The translations under genes and the position numbers were made by a program. A DNA stretch of 64,000 nucleotides from a virus (lineage: Duplodnaviria > Caudoviricetes). The DNA lies in the IMG/VR virus record IMGVR_UViG_3300010340_001122, one strand, 5' to 3'. Below the pieces are notes generated by a model that did not search any database, was not told where the DNA came from, and was given only the letters and a program-made list of their open reading frames with translations. Of this stretch, positions 10,663 to 22,706 are shown piece after piece (within the stretch, counting starts at the first letter, position 1; the number at the start of each line of letters is the position of its first letter).

Positions 10663-13600
10663 ATGCAGAACTTATTATTCTTCGATAAAGAAGGAAATCC
10701 TTTAAATTTTTATTATAATGAAACATCCGAAAGATATGAGGGTGATATTTTATTTCCAGAAAATTCGAGTGATACATTTAAAACACAGGCTTTATATTTA
10801 TTTGAGAAAATACCTACATTTGAATATGAAGATCAATCTAATTTAAGTCTGAGAAGATTTCAACTATTTAATGAATATGGTTTTCATTTTTATCAGGGTG
10901 TCGCTACTCAATCAATAACTAAAATAGAACCCGTAAATCAAGAACAAGATTATTTTTCAAAATGGATTTATGGTAAAAACATAGAGGCTAAATATAAATT
11001 AGGAACATTTATTAGATTTAATAGTCCGGTATTTGAATTTACAGATATTAATAGAATCTATTCAGTTGTTAGTTCTAAAAAGGGTGCTATATTAATAGTT
11101 TCTTCAATGAACAATGCCTTATTTGAGAGCACATACAATGGATATTATGGACTTACATCGAGTTATGAGAATATCACTATAACTGGAGTTGATATTATAG
11201 GTATTTATAACTATATAACTCCACAACTTAAAGACACATTATCATTATGGAATGAACCAACTTTTTATGATAGATTATATCAATATAGAAAGCTCAATTT
11301 AGTAAATACTCAAAAGAATGATAATTATCAAAAAAGTGGTAGATATGATGATGCTGAAGTTGTAACAATTAAAAATCCTAATATAGTAGATATAGTGCAT
11401 TTTGAGTATGATTTAGCATCTATACCTATCGATTCGACTTTAATAATTGAAGTTATAACTAGAACAGATTTACCAAGAGTATATAGGGGACCAATAATTT
11501 TTGATTCAACTTCTAAAATACTAGAATTTTCAGATCCAATACCCGATATATTAAAACCTGGTATAGAATTTAAAGTTCCAAATTCAACTTTAAATTCAGA
11601 TTTTTTTAAAGTTAGTGGTATTAAAACATTTGCTGGTAATGTTAATCTAACTTACTATGCTACCGGTAGTCAAGTTATTTGGGATAACCAAATATATCAG
11701 TGTATTCAGTCTTATACTTGGTCAGGTGCATCCGAAAGCTCAGCTGTCTCACCTACGGGAGATACATCATCCACATTATACTGGTCGGTACCAACATATT
11801 TACCTATTGAGCCTTCTTCTTCATCCGGAACAATAATAAGTGAATCGCTAGTTGCGGGTGAGATTTATTTAACAAGTGATCATATTTATTTTACACAATC
11901 ATATACACAATCATCTGAGATAACTTTAGCATTTGCAGCTGAAAGATTTAAATCAGAACTTAAATTATTTAATATTGATTTATATTATGCTGATTATAAA
12001 TTAAAATCTGATTTAATTTATCCAACTAACTATGCTAGAGTTAATTATTACTATAATGAAGTAGGACCATCATATAGTATTGGTGGTGTTAAATATGTAT
12101 ATGAGAAATGTATAGAAACTTATGAGAGATTGGTTAAAGAATTTAATTATGATTATTCAAGTAATTTTGAATATAACATAGTTTTTACTGATATTGATGA
12201 GTTTGGTATTATTATTAAAATTAATAAAATGGTTTATGGCGAGAGAGTTGCTTGGATATACTCTTCTGGCGTAGTGGATATGCAAAGAACTATAGATAGA
12301 ACCTTGAGGAATTGGCTTACTAGACACTTTTTAACTTTAAATACTCTTGGTATAATGCCTACGTTATTAACAGTTGGATATTCATCAGTATATTATAATT
12401 CTATAAGCTTAAGTACAGATTTTCCTAATGTTCCTATTGAATTTAGTGTTCAAGTCGGAACAACTGCTGATTTTTATATTGAACATACTGTTGTATCATT
12501 TTATGATATGGGTAAATTTTTATCAATTAGTGTTAATGGTAGAGTTTATGAGGAGTTATTTGATACTGATATACAAACAACACTCGCAAATTGGACCGAA
12601 AGTTGGGCTGAAACTATAAACGATTTTGGTATTTATGTTACTAATTCAGCTAGTGCTCTTAAATTTAATGTTAAGAAACAAATGCAAAGAGTTAATTTAC
12701 AAATTAATGTCGGAAAATCGTCCCTTCCAGGAATTGAAACTTATAGAATTATAAAGAAATATAGTGGTAACCATGGGGCTTTAATAACTTCTAATGAAAT
12801 AATATTAGGAACTGCTAGTGGTCAGTCACTAGAAGAAGTTGGATTTGCTACCGGACAAATAATTGGTATTAATAAGACATATTATACATTGCAAAATATT
12901 GAATATAATTCTCTTTATTTAAATCCAGATATTATTAATTTAAGTTATGAAGGTCCTTTTTGGGGATTAACAGATTCTTTGTGTAATAGCTCAGCATTTA
13001 CAACCGTTGCTTTTACAATAGGTTTTGGACAAACTGGTTGTCCGCCAGCATGGGTTCCCAACCTTTTGCAAGGTATGTATGATAAAGAACAATTTGATCC
13101 AGCTTTTAGTATAGAGTATATTTGGTCAAATACTTACATACCTTATCAATATGATGGAATTAGTGGGATGGTGGATATAATTTATATACAACCTACAAAT
13201 TATATTTATGTTTTAGGTGATAAAATAAGAGTTTATGATTCTATTTATGGATTAAATATTTCAGATATCAATATACCTGGTCTGACAAATAGTATAGGAC
13301 TTTGTTTCAATAATATAACAAATTATGTATATGCTCTTTCTAGAAATACACTTTATAAAATTGACCCTTATATAAATTTATTAATAGCATCATATTCATT
13401 TGTATCAAATGCTTATGATATAAAATTAAATAATAATAATGGAGATATTTATGTTTCTTTTGAAAATGCAACATTTGTTAATATTTATGATACAAGTGAT
13501 TCAATTACAACAGTAAGTACATCTACTTATTTCAGTTATAATATGGCGTTTAATGATTTTGAGGGAGATATGTATGTTGGTACTAATGGTGGGGTTTATA

Positions 13601-16600
13601 GAATTGATGGAACTTCAAGAAGTGTTAATACAAACTACGCTATATTATCATTTAGTCACTCTTTAGCATACGATCCAGAAAATGAGTCTATTTATGTTTT
13701 TGAGAATGGATCAAATTTGAAAAAAATTGATAATAATTCAATAATTGATATTCCTTCAGTTTCTACTGGTAATTTTGATTCATTATTATTTAATAATTTT
13801 AATAGTTCAATGAATTCCTCAACAGATTTAATATTTTCATCTTTATTTGTTGATGATGATAGTTTATATTATACATCATCTACTTCTGACTATGGTAATA
13901 TTACTTTAAATCAATTTGATGGTGATATGTATATTGGTGCAAATTCACAAATATTGACAATTGATACCACAACTGGACAACAAAAGCATTCTGAACCATT
14001 TTCCGGAGGCCGATTGACAAAATTAGTTTATAATCCAGATCGAAAGAGTATTTGGGCTATACAACCTGATACTGAACAAGTTGTTGAGGTTCAAGTTTAT
14101 CTAAGTAGCTCTTTTCAAGTTGAAACACTTGCCGTAACATCTTCAACTGATAATTTTTACGGAACTTTGAATCCATCGTATAATAATCGAGATTATCTTT
14201 GGTTGAATGTTAGAGAATATATAAGAAGACCTCGTGAGAATTTCAATGGTGGTCCAACAGTTAGCTTATATTGGAAATGGTTTTCTGATAATGTTCCACA
14301 ATTTTTTATGTATGATTTTAGTGGAGATCAATTAAAAACAAGCGGTGTTTTATCATATACTGGTCCAAAGCCTTTAGATACGGTTGTTCTTAATAGAAAA
14401 TCAAATAGAGATATTACTAAGGTTTCATATCCAGAATATCAACAGACTATTTTTGACTATATTGAGAACGATTTGGAGTTTATTGATGATAATACTGATG
14501 TTAGTGTTGTTCCTGAACCTATTCAATTATTTTTAGGATATAATTCATCTGATGAAGGTGCTCTTAGAAGTATTCTTCAACTTTATAAAAAAGAAGAAGT
14601 TGATTTTACAATTACAACCACCTCTATTAATAATGATATTATAACATTTGAAAATATAGTGGATGATTTTACAGGTGATAGATATGGTAAAATATCATTA
14701 AATAATGATTCAACCAGTTTGTTTACTTCTGATATTGAAGGTAATTTTAGAGGTTTGAAAGTTGGTCAACATCTTGCTATTTTTGTTAAGGATGTGACAA
14801 ATAATAAAAAGCAATATATTTCAAATAATAATGGTTATTTATTAAAAATAAGAAATGTTTTTAGCAGGGAAATCCTAGTGGATTATTTCAAAGAAGTTGA
14901 TTCTTTAGAATTTGAAACAACTATAATTAATGATTTTCCAAAGGTTAATCTTGATACATATTTATCATGTAGATTTAAAATATGGAATAGGGAATTAGGT
15001 AGATTTAATATTTTTGGCCAAACAGAAATAGAAGATGTTAGATATCATACTGAGTTAAATAACGTAGGTAAATTAATTTCATCTGATGATGTTTATATTT
15101 TTAAAGAATATGATATAAAAGAAGAAGGAATTGATTGGAATTATCTAAATTCTAAAAGAAAAGAAATGTTAATGATGAGAAATCTAATATATCCTTATAT
15201 TGGTAGTTATAAATCAATAATTAATGCTATAAACTATTTTGGATATAATGATTTAGAATTAAATGAATATTATAGAAATGTTGAAATAGAATCTGAAAAT
15301 TATTATAAATTATTTAAAGTAGAAATACCAGATATATTTGACAATACGACTGAAGGATGGAAGGATAATGATTTTATTAAACATACTTTTCCTAATCCTA
15401 AATTTGAGGATACAAATTTATTTAATTTAACATTTAGAATTACTGATAAAGAAGGTAATAATATTTTATATTATACTTTAGAAGAGGTTCAGAAGAAATT
15501 ACAGGGACTTAAATATTGGTTGCAGAAAAATATAATACCAATTACCCATAAAATTCTTGATATAACTGGTAGAGCTGATTTTGTCGGTGGGACTACAATA
15601 GTCCATCAATCATTTGATGCTCAAATATTTAATGTTAGACAAGATTTTACACCTATTATTTTCGATTTAAATGAGGCTTATTTGCTTCCAGTTAATAGTG
15701 GATCTAGTGTTTATAATTGTGTTTTAGATTTCTATATAAGTGGATCACCAACATCGAGTTTATTACCAGATTATTATACAATTGATATAAGAACGTATGA
15801 AATTTATAGAGAATGGTATGCATTTAGAAATTATCAAGTGGGTGAGAGAGTTGTTTATTACGATAAATTATATGAATCGGTTATTATTAATAATAAAACT
15901 AATAATCCAAGAAAATTTGAAAATGCTAAAACATGGATTTATGGATCAATTTATAGAATTGGTGATATTATTAAATATAATAAGTTAATATATGTTTGGA
16001 CTGAACAAGGTGGTGCGACTGCATCAATTGTATCTCCAATTTTAGATGAGGGAGTTGGTTATAATTGGTTGGATGTAACAGAATGGAAAGAAATTGATTT
16101 AACTCCTGTTGATAAGATATCTGAATATAGACATATAGATAATTTGAATCCATTTAACTTCACTATAGACTCTAATATAACACCATATTTGGTTATTGAG
16201 GTTACTTCTGACAATGGATATGGTATGATTTATAGAGATAGAAAGAACTTTGAAATAAAAGGCATATTGGATATTCAAGAAATTGAATCATTTAGTAATT
16301 TAACAACAAAACAATATCGAGATGCTACTCTTCCTATTGTTTATGCTGATGTTTCTAAAGTTATTGAATTAACAATGATATCATATCCATTTACAAGTGG
16401 TTTCTTTGACCTATATGGTAATTATACAGATAGACCTTATTTAGACAATTCTAATAATATAATTTATCCACATATTCAACATGGATATCCATATGTTATT
16501 GGAAACAGTTCTAGTTCAACTGCTAATAGCTTTAGAATTGAATTAGGTGATGACTTCTCTTATATTCAAAATCCTTATGTTATATCTAGTATAGGATCTG

Positions 16601-17292
16601 CATATGTTATTGGAAATGAATTAAATTGGTCGGGTAATTTGCCAGCAAATGGAACAGTTTCTGTTGAAATTCGTGGAGATGTTGCGATCGGTGGTAAATC
16701 ATATTGGAGAGATAGTGTTAATACTGCAAATAACCAAGGTTTAGTTAGTAACAATTATAATATTTCAGCTAAATTATCTTCTGGATTAAATTATGGATTA
16801 ACGTTCTCAACTTCTGGAACTTTGAATACACAGTATTATACTATCTATAGTAGAACAAGTAATAATTTCTTACAATTTGCATCTTATACTCAATCATTTT
16901 CAAATTGGGGTATTTATGGATCTACCCCGCAGGAATTCAAATGGTCAACATTTTCACAACATGGTTTCAATATAATTGAAAGTTCTGATGACTATACTTT
17001 TGATAATAATTTCCAAACAGTTGTTGATGGATTTAATTCAGCAATTGGGTCTTTTGGGTATGTATATTATCAAAATAGAACTACTTTAACAAATTGGGGA
17101 CCACATATTATGGTTGCTACATATTATAATGATTTAACAACTTCATCGGATCAATCTTATGTTCTTAGATATAGAGTTAGTGATGGTTTATTAGTTGAAA
17201 CAGATACATTCTCAATAGATTCATCTGGGTTAACACTTGGAACTAATTCAACCTCTGGTGGTATAACTATAACACAGTCTTACTATCCATAA
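10663..17292 (+). CDS. Very large virion structural protein (baseplate wedge or tail-associated)
   Basis: 2209 aa, rich in S/T/N/Y; beta-propeller-like repeats; YQVGERVVYYDKLYE CBM-like motifs; IGSYKSIINAINYFGY baseplate-type motif; next to gp25. Confidence 0.6.
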   Translation: MQNLLFFDKEGNPLNFYYNETSERYEGDILFPENSSDTFKTQALYLFEKIPTFEYEDQSNLSLRRFQLFNEYGFHFYQGVATQSITKIEPVNQEQDYFSKWIYGKNIEAKYKLGTFIRFNSPVFEFTDINRIYSVVSSKKGAILIVSSMNNALFESTYNGYYGLTSSYENITITGVDIIGIYNYITPQLKDTLSLWNEPTFYDRLYQYRKLNLVNTQKNDNYQKSGRYDDAEVVTIKNPNIVDIVHFEYDLASIPIDSTLIIEVITRTDLPRVYRGPIIFDSTSKILEFSDPIPDILKPGIEFKVPNSTLNSDFFKVSGIKTFAGNVNLTYYATGSQVIWDNQIYQCIQSYTWSGASESSAVSPTGDTSSTLYWSVPTYLPIEPSSSSGTIISESLVAGEIYLTSDHIYFTQSYTQSSEITLAFAAERFKSELKLFNIDLYYADYKLKSDLIYPTNYARVNYYYNEVGPSYSIGGVKYVYEKCIETYERLVKEFNYDYSSNFEYNIVFTDIDEFGIIIKINKMVYGERVAWIYSSGVVDMQRTIDRTLRNWLTRHFLTLNTLGIMPTLLTVGYSSVYYNSISLSTDFPNVPIEFSVQVGTTADFYIEHTVVSFYDMGKFLSISVNGRVYEELFDTDIQTTLANWTESWAETINDFGIYVTNSASALKFNVKKQMQRVNLQINVGKSSLPGIETYRIIKKYSGNHGALITSNEIILGTASGQSLEEVGFATGQIIGINKTYYTLQNIEYNSLYLNPDIINLSYEGPFWGLTDSLCNSSAFTTVAFTIGFGQTGCPPAWVPNLLQGMYDKEQFDPAFSIEYIWSNTYIPYQYDGISGMVDIIYIQPTNYIYVLGDKIRVYDSIYGLNISDINIPGLTNSIGLCFNNITNYVYALSRNTLYKIDPYINLLIASYSFVSNAYDIKLNNNNGDIYVSFENATFVNIYDTSDSITTVSTSTYFSYNMAFNDFEGDMYVGTNGGVYRIDGTSRSVNTNYAILSFSHSLAYDPENESIYVFENGSNLKKIDNNSIIDIPSVSTGNFDSLLFNNFNSSMNSSTDLIFSSLFVDDDSLYYTSSTSDYGNITLNQFDGDMYIGANSQILTIDTTTGQQKHSEPFSGGRLTKLVYNPDRKSIWAIQPDTEQVVEVQVYLSSSFQVETLAVTSSTDNFYGTLNPSYNNRDYLWLNVREYIRRPRENFNGGPTVSLYWKWFSDNVPQFFMYDFSGDQLKTSGVLSYTGPKPLDTVVLNRKSNRDITKVSYPEYQQTIFDYIENDLEFIDDNTDVSVVPEPIQLFLGYNSSDEGALRSILQLYKKEEVDFTITTTSINNDIITFENIVDDFTGDRYGKISLNNDSTSLFTSDIEGNFRGLKVGQHLAIFVKDVTNNKKQYISNNNGYLLKIRNVFSREILVDYFKEVDSLEFETTIINDFPKVNLDTYLSCRFKIWNRELGRFNIFGQTEIEDVRYHTELNNVGKLISSDDVYIFKEYDIKEEGIDWNYLNSKRKEMLMMRNLIYPYIGSYKSIINAINYFGYNDLELNEYYRNVEIESENYYKLFKVEIPDIFDNTTEGWKDNDFIKHTFPNPKFEDTNLFNLTFRITDKEGNNILYYTLEEVQKKLQGLKYWLQKNIIPITHKILDITGRADFVGGTTIVHQSFDAQIFNVRQDFTPIIFDLNEAYLLPVNSGSSVYNCVLDFYISGSPTSSLLPDYYTIDIRTYEIYREWYAFRNYQVGERVVYYDKLYESVIINNKTNNPRKFENAKTWIYGSIYRIGDIIKYNKLIYVWTEQGGATASIVSPILDEGVGYNWLDVTEWKEIDLTPVDKISEYRHIDNLNPFNFTIDSNITPYLVIEVTSDNGYGMIYRDRKNFEIKGILDIQEIESFSNLTTKQYRDATLPIVYADVSKVIELTMISYPFTSGFFDLYGNYTDRPYLDNSNNIIYPHIQHGYPYVIGNSSSSTANSFRIELGDDFSYIQNPYVISSIGSAYVIGNELNWSGNLPANGTVSVEIRGDVAIGGKSYWRDSVNTANNQGLVSNNYNISAKLSSGLNYGLTFSTSGTLNTQYYTIYSRTSNNFLQFASYTQSFSNWGIYGSTPQEFKWSTFSQHGFNIIESSDDYTFDNNFQTVVDGFNSAIGSFGYVYYQNRTTLTNWGPHIMVATYYNDLTTSSDQSYVLRYRVSDGLLVETDTFSIDSSGLTLGTNSTSGGITITQSYYP

Positions 17293-17294
17293 TA

Positions 17295-17672
17295 CTATGA
17301 TATAATAGCATAAACTTCATAATCTGCTAGTTGAAAATCTATTTGTAATACATCTTGATAATTCTCAGGATCTTGGAAAAAAGATGCTTGTAATTGAAAG
17401 TTAGTTGTTGATAATTCGGGTATATACTTTCTAATTTGTTGAAGTATAATTTTTTTAACTCCTTCTGATGATACTTTTGTTTGAAATAATAACTTAGGCA
17501 AATCGCATCCAAAATCTGGATCACCTAAAAGTTCTCCTTTATTTGTGAATAAAAGCATTTCGTATTTTTGAATAATTACTCTTATTACATCATCCTCAAC
17601 AATTTTATTGATAATAAATCTAGGATGTCCTTTATAACCAATATAATGATCTTTGAAATCAAACTCTGCCAT
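17295..17672 (-). CDS. Baseplate wedge subunit, gp25-like
   Basis: LLFTNKGELLGDPDFGCDL gp25/GPW motif. Confidence 0.8.
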   Translation of the reverse strand: MAEFDFKDHYIGYKGHPRFIINKIVEDDVIRVIIQKYEMLLFTNKGELLGDPDFGCDLPKLLFQTKVSSEGVKKIILQQIRKYIPELSTTNFQLQASFFQDPENYQDVLQIDFQLADYEVYAIIS

Positions 17673-17691
17673 ATTGGTATATATTTAAAAA

Positions 17692-18663
17692 TTACTTTTC
17701 AATTAGAATATCTCTAAACTTACCAATTATTGTCATTCCTAAAATAATTGGATCTGTATTTGTTTCGAGTTTGGATGAATATGCTGATAATATATAATTT
17801 AATTCAAATAATTTATCAATATTTTCTCTTTTCTCTTGAATTGACCAGTCTACAAAATTTTTACCTAATAATCTAATGATAATATCTATTTTATCAGGTC
17901 CAAAATTCGACATTAGAAAATGATATATTTTTTCATAGTCTTGGCTCTTATCATATAATATATTATATAAATCTAATTTTAATTTATTAGATACATTAGA
18001 TTGTATTGAATATAATTCACCAGTATCTTTAAAATTTTGTAATTCAACAAACATTCCTCTAAAGTCTGGAAATTTTTTATTGATAATATTTACTAAATCA
18101 TCTTTTGAAATATTTATTTCCTCTTTTGGTGATACAACATTTGTAATTTTTTTATAAAATTCTTGTTTTAGTAATTTTTCTTCTTGTGAATTTTGACAAT
18201 CAAAATCTATAGAAGTAAATCTTGACTTTATACCATCTGAAATTTTATTAATATGGTTTGTTGTTAGTATAAATCGAACATTTTTATGATATGTTTCAAT
18301 AAATGCTTTTAATGCATCTTGATATTGTGAAGAAACTCTTTCAAATTCATCTAAAAAAATATATTTTATAGGATCTTCTGTTTCTAGTATAGGTTGAGTT
18401 TTGCAAAATTTTTCAACTTCACTTCTTAGCACATCTATTGATGTATATAATGAACTATTTATTTCTAAAAAAGCTTTATCCTTTGAGTATCTACCAATTA
18501 ATATTCTCGCTAGTGATGTTTTGCCTGTCCCATAATGTCCATAGAAAATATAGTTTTTATTTATACCATTTTCAAAATATGATTTTATTCTTGGTAATAA
18601 TATTATATCATCTATATTTTTTGGTCTATATTTTTCCCAGAGTAGTGAATTTTTAATTGACAT
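17692..18663 (-). CDS. Sliding clamp loader large subunit, gp44/RFC-like
   Basis: LWEKYRP, Walker A GHYGTGKTS, Walker B LDEFE, SRF; start placed at 18663. Confidence 0.92.
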   Translation of the reverse strand: MSIKNSLLWEKYRPKNIDDIILLPRIKSYFENGINKNYIFYGHYGTGKTSLARILIGRYSKDKAFLEINSSLYTSIDVLRSEVEKFCKTQPILETEDPIKYIFLDEFERVSSQYQDALKAFIETYHKNVRFILTTNHINKISDGIKSRFTSIDFDCQNSQEEKLLKQEFYKKITNVVSPKEEINISKDDLVNIINKKFPDFRGMFVELQNFKDTGELYSIQSNVSNKLKLDLYNILYDKSQDYEKIYHFLMSNFGPDKIDIIIRLLGKNFVDWSIQEKRENIDKLFELNYILSAYSSKLETNTDPIILGMTIIGKFRDILIEK

Positions 18664-18693
18664 TGAAAACAAATTATTTTTATATATACTCTC

Positions 18694-19731
18694 ATGATAG
18701 GACAAAAGTTTAATTTTGATGAAGTTTTCTTTAGAGATTTAACAATATGTGTATTGGACACATTAGAGGGTAGATTAAATTGGATAAACCATTTTACAAG
18801 TGGTGATTTAAATGTACAAGTTCCTATTTATTATTCATTAACTGGTGATGAAAGATTTTTATTAGATTCATTTCAAGATGATATAGTTTCTGAAAATAGA
18901 CATGTTGAATTAAATACAGATCAGATACCTAGAGGACATTTAACCTTTAATAATTTTACTATAAGGAGTGATGAGTTTAGAAATCCTAATGTTTGGCTTA
19001 GATCTGTTGTTGAAGACAACATTGAAGTTAAAAAACTTCTTAGACAGGTTCGGGCAATTCCGATAACTGTCACATATGATTTAGTAATTTTATTAAAAAG
19101 TGAAATTGATGTTTTTAAATGTGCTCAAGAAATAATGAATACACTTTGGTTATATAGATTTATGTATTTTGAACATAATTATATGAATATTGATGCTGTT
19201 CTTACTATGCCTGATACTGATACTATCGAGATAATAAGAGAAAAAAATTTAAAAAGTGATAATACTGTTAAATTAACATTGTCACTTGAAGTTCAAACGT
19301 ATTATCCAGCATTTACTAGTAATAAAGATTGTAAAATTGAAACAATTGGAACATCAGTTTGTTCAGTCGGTCAAATTAATACAAATGTTGTTAAAGTTGG
19401 TCCTGTTTTTTCAAAAAGTTGTATAGGGTCAAATAAAAAAACATCATCAATATCTGAAATTGGAGTTGGGAACCAATTAATTGGTAATGGTATTCCGAAT
19501 GGGGTTTATGTTACTTCAATAAATGTCGTGGATTCAGAAGTAACAATTAGTAAAAATATTGAGTGTAACATTATTAATAATACCATTTCTTTTTTACAAA
19601 ATCCAGGTGATGTTGTTTATCCATATAGAACTAGATGGTTTAATAACTTACAACCAATTTCTATGAGAAATGCTTCAAGTAGTAATCCTAATTCTGGATC
19701 TTCAAATTTAGATGATAATTCAGTTTTATAA
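18694..19731 (+). CDS. Tail completion / sheath stabilizer, gp15-like
   Basis: VQVPIYYS...IPRG...IPITVTYDLVI pattern typical of gp15-like proteins; structural neighbourhood. Confidence 0.55.
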   Translation: MIGQKFNFDEVFFRDLTICVLDTLEGRLNWINHFTSGDLNVQVPIYYSLTGDERFLLDSFQDDIVSENRHVELNTDQIPRGHLTFNNFTIRSDEFRNPNVWLRSVVEDNIEVKKLLRQVRAIPITVTYDLVILLKSEIDVFKCAQEIMNTLWLYRFMYFEHNYMNIDAVLTMPDTDTIEIIREKNLKSDNTVKLTLSLEVQTYYPAFTSNKDCKIETIGTSVCSVGQINTNVVKVGPVFSKSCIGSNKKTSSISEIGVGNQLIGNGIPNGVYVTSINVVDSEVTISKNIECNIINNTISFLQNPGDVVYPYRTRWFNNLQPISMRNASSSNPNSGSSNLDDNSVL

Positions 19732-19803
19732 AAATTGAAAATGAAAAAAATAGACTTTTTAATTGTAATATATAGTTTATATAAAAAAATAAATACAAAA
19801 AGT

Positions 19804-21087
19804 ATGAAGAATCTTAAACTTGAGTTGTTTAACTTCAAAAAGTCATTGTCTTTTGAACAATCGGACGTTGAATATGTAATTGAGGGACATTTAAATTCCA
19901 CAAATGAATTATCAGAAAAACAAGTCATTCTTTCTTTGAATGAGAGACTTAAACCTTTTACCTATGATAAACAAGTTAAGTCTTTTTTGGAAAGTCTTAA
20001 CGATGATATGAGAAATTATGAATTATTATATGAGTTAAAAAGTTTATATAATATTTTAAATTCTAAAAATCAAGGTGAACTTTATCGTCAACCAATTAAT
20101 GTTTTATTACAAACTATTAATTTAGAAACTGATCAAGATAGAATGTCTAAAATTCTTAATGAATTGGCTATATATGATTGGGTTCCAGAAATTAGATTAT
20201 TTGTTCATAATTTATCTAAGTCACCTGAACAAAAAACCAATTTATTAAGTGGTGGAAAAGGTGAATCAGTTTATACTATTGTTGAGCAAGTTGAAGATGG
20301 TCATTTGGCTTTTGTTAATGATTCTTGGTTCATTTTATCAGAAAATTCAATTGAAAAGACTTTATTGGAAAATAATATTAAAGATGAAGAAAGATTACGT
20401 TCTTTAAGAACTTTACAAACTGCTATGCAATTTTGCACTATTAATGAAAGTAGAATTGATTTTAGAATTTCAGAATATTTGACTGTTGGTTTATCAGTTT
20501 CGTCAAAAGGTGGTATTTTTATTAATGAAGATGAATTAAATGATGAAACAACTTTAGAAAGTTTGTTTTCTTCACCAGTTGTTCCTATTGTTAATAAGAA
20601 TTTTTATCCTTTACTGGTTGAGGTTTCTAAAAATATTGATTCTTTTGTAGAACTTGATGTTGTTAAAAGAGTTAGTAACTTAATTAATCCTACATTAGAA
20701 GTTTTTGCATTTAATTATAAGAATAATACTTTTATTTATCGTTGTGATGAAAGATATGGTAATTCATTTTTTAAATATGAATCGGCTTTAGAATTAGTTA
20801 ATGAGGTAAGAAATGAATTAAATTATGATTTAACATATTTTTTTGAAAATAAACTTTCAAAAGAATTAGTTACTAAGAGAAAATTAGAAGATAAAGAAAG
20901 AGAAATCACTCTAAAATTAGAAGATGTTCAATTTAATATTAATAAAGTTGAAAGCTCAGTAAAAATGATTGGTAATACAGAAGTTTTAAAAGAAGCATTA
21001 AGTAATTTAAAGAAAAGAGAAACTAATCTTAGTTTTGAATTACAAGCAATTAAAGAATTACAATATAAAGAAAGAATTAGAGGTTAA
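19804..21087 (+). CDS. Hypothetical protein with C-terminal coiled coil
   Basis: Long ORF with a late-type motif upstream and a terminator downstream. Confidence 0.6.
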   Translation: MKNLKLELFNFKKSLSFEQSDVEYVIEGHLNSTNELSEKQVILSLNERLKPFTYDKQVKSFLESLNDDMRNYELLYELKSLYNILNSKNQGELYRQPINVLLQTINLETDQDRMSKILNELAIYDWVPEIRLFVHNLSKSPEQKTNLLSGGKGESVYTIVEQVEDGHLAFVNDSWFILSENSIEKTLLENNIKDEERLRSLRTLQTAMQFCTINESRIDFRISEYLTVGLSVSSKGGIFINEDELNDETTLESLFSSPVVPIVNKNFYPLLVEVSKNIDSFVELDVVKRVSNLINPTLEVFAFNYKNNTFIYRCDERYGNSFFKYESALELVNEVRNELNYDLTYFFENKLSKELVTKRKLEDKEREITLKLEDVQFNINKVESSVKMIGNTEVLKEALSNLKKRETNLSFELQAIKELQYKERIRG

Positions 21088-21113
21088 TATTTTTCATAAT
21101 AAAAATAAAAATA

Positions 21114-21153
21114 AAAATGAAAAAAGACGAATTAATTCGTCTTTTTTCATTTT
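21114..21153. terminator. Perfect 40-bp palindrome, probable terminator
   Basis: aaaatgaaaaaagacgaatt|aattcgtcttttttcatttt. Confidence 0.8.
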
Positions 21154-21210
21154 ATACATATAATAAATATAGCATTAAAGGGCTTAGTGTCCTAAAAAAT
21201 AAATGCTAGA

Positions 21211-21576
21211 ATGTATCTTAATAATAAAGATTTGTATGTTGAAATGATTGTATCAAAAGCTCAAGGTCGATTGACTATAAAAGCTGAAAAAATGTTAGAA
21301 CTATTGGCTAAAGAAACCATTAAAAAAATGAGATATTGGTCAAATGATGATAAGAATGATTGTTACCAATCTGGTATTTTAGATATGTTCCAGAATTGGT
21401 ATAATTTTAATGAAGAAAAATCAGTAAATGCTTTTGCTTATTTCACAGAAGTCTTTAAAAGAGGAATTGCCAAAGGATTTAATGAACTATATAAAAAAAA
21501 GGGAGATAATGATAATTTGATAAAAGTTATTTCCATTGAAGGATCAAATGATGGTCAAGGATTACACAGTTTATAA
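21211..21576 (+). CDS. Late-transcription sigma factor, T4 gp55-like
   Basis: YLNNKDL N-terminus and NFNEEKSVNAFAYFT motif. Confidence 0.8.
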   Translation: MYLNNKDLYVEMIVSKAQGRLTIKAEKMLELLAKETIKKMRYWSNDDKNDCYQSGILDMFQNWYNFNEEKSVNAFAYFTEVFKRGIAKGFNELYKKKGDNDNLIKVISIEGSNDGQGLHSL

Positions 21577-21592
21577 TTATTTAAAATAAAGT

Positions 21593-22660
21593 ATGGAAAA
21601 TAAAATAGCTTTAATAACCGGAATTACTGGACAAGATGGTGCTTATTTAGCAGAATTTTTATTAAATAAAAATTATGTTGTACATGGTATTAAAAGAAGA
21701 AGTTCGTCATTCAATACAGCAAGAATTGATAGTTTATATGAATCAACCAGAGATACCCAAAATTTTCACCTACATTATGGTGATCTAACAGATTCTACTA
21801 ATTTAATTAGAATAATACAAGAGGTTAAACCGGATGAGATTTATAATCTTGCGGCTCAATCTCATGTTAAAGTTTCATTTGAAACTCCTGAGTATACAGC
21901 AAATTCTGATGGAATCGGGACACTTAGAATATTAGAAGCAATACGTATATTAGGATTAGAAAAAAAGACTAAATTCTATCAAGCATCTACTTCCGAAATG
22001 TTTGGGAAGGTTCAAGAAGTTCCTCAAAAAGAAACGACTCCTTTTTATCCAAGGAGCCCTTATGGTGTTGCTAAATTATATTCACATTGGATTACTGTTA
22101 ATTATCGAGAAGCTTATGGTATTTTCGCATGTAGTGGTATTTTATTTAATCATGAATCTCCTTTAAGAGGAGAAACATTTGTTACAAGAAAAATAACCCA
22201 AGCAGTTTGTAAAATTAAATTAGGACAACAAGATAAACTTTTCTTAGGAAATCTTTCATCGGAAAGAGATTGGGGACATTCAAAAGATTATGTTGAAGGT
22301 ATGTGGCTTATGATGCAACATGACAAACCAGAAGATTTCGTTCTATCTACTGGTAAGAAAATATCTGTTAGAGATTTTACTACAATGGCTTTTAAGGTAT
22401 TAGATATAGATATAATTTGGAAAGGATCAGGTATTGATGAGAAAGGTATAGATTCTAAAACTGGTAATATTTTGGTTGAAGTTGATGAGAAGTATTTTAG
22501 ACCAACAGAAGTCGATTTATTAATAGGAGATTCTACTAAAGCTAAAACATTATTAGGATGGGTCCCTAAGTGTAGTGTAGATGAGTTGTGTAGAGAGATG
22601 GTTTATTCAGATTTTGAAGAAATTTCAACAAAAAACTTGGCGAGTAGTAAAAGATTCTAA
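21593..22660 (+). CDS. gmd: GDP-mannose 4,6-dehydratase
   Basis: [55 protein letters not shown]. Confidence 0.97.
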   Translation: MENKIALITGITGQDGAYLAEFLLNKNYVVHGIKRRSSSFNTARIDSLYESTRDTQNFHLHYGDLTDSTNLIRIIQEVKPDEIYNLAAQSHVKVSFETPEYTANSDGIGTLRILEAIRILGLEKKTKFYQASTSEMFGKVQEVPQKETTPFYPRSPYGVAKLYSHWITVNYREAYGIFACSGILFNHESPLRGETFVTRKITQAVCKIKLGQQDKLFLGNLSSERDWGHSKDYVEGMWLMMQHDKPEDFVLSTGKKISVRDFTTMAFKVLDIDIIWKGSGIDEKGIDSKTGNILVEVDEKYFRPTEVDLLIGDSTKAKTLLGWVPKCSVDELCREMVYSDFEEISTKNLASSKRF

Positions 22661-22706
22661 TCCATTAAACTTTTTGATGGAATATTATAATATAAATAAA
22701 AATAAT

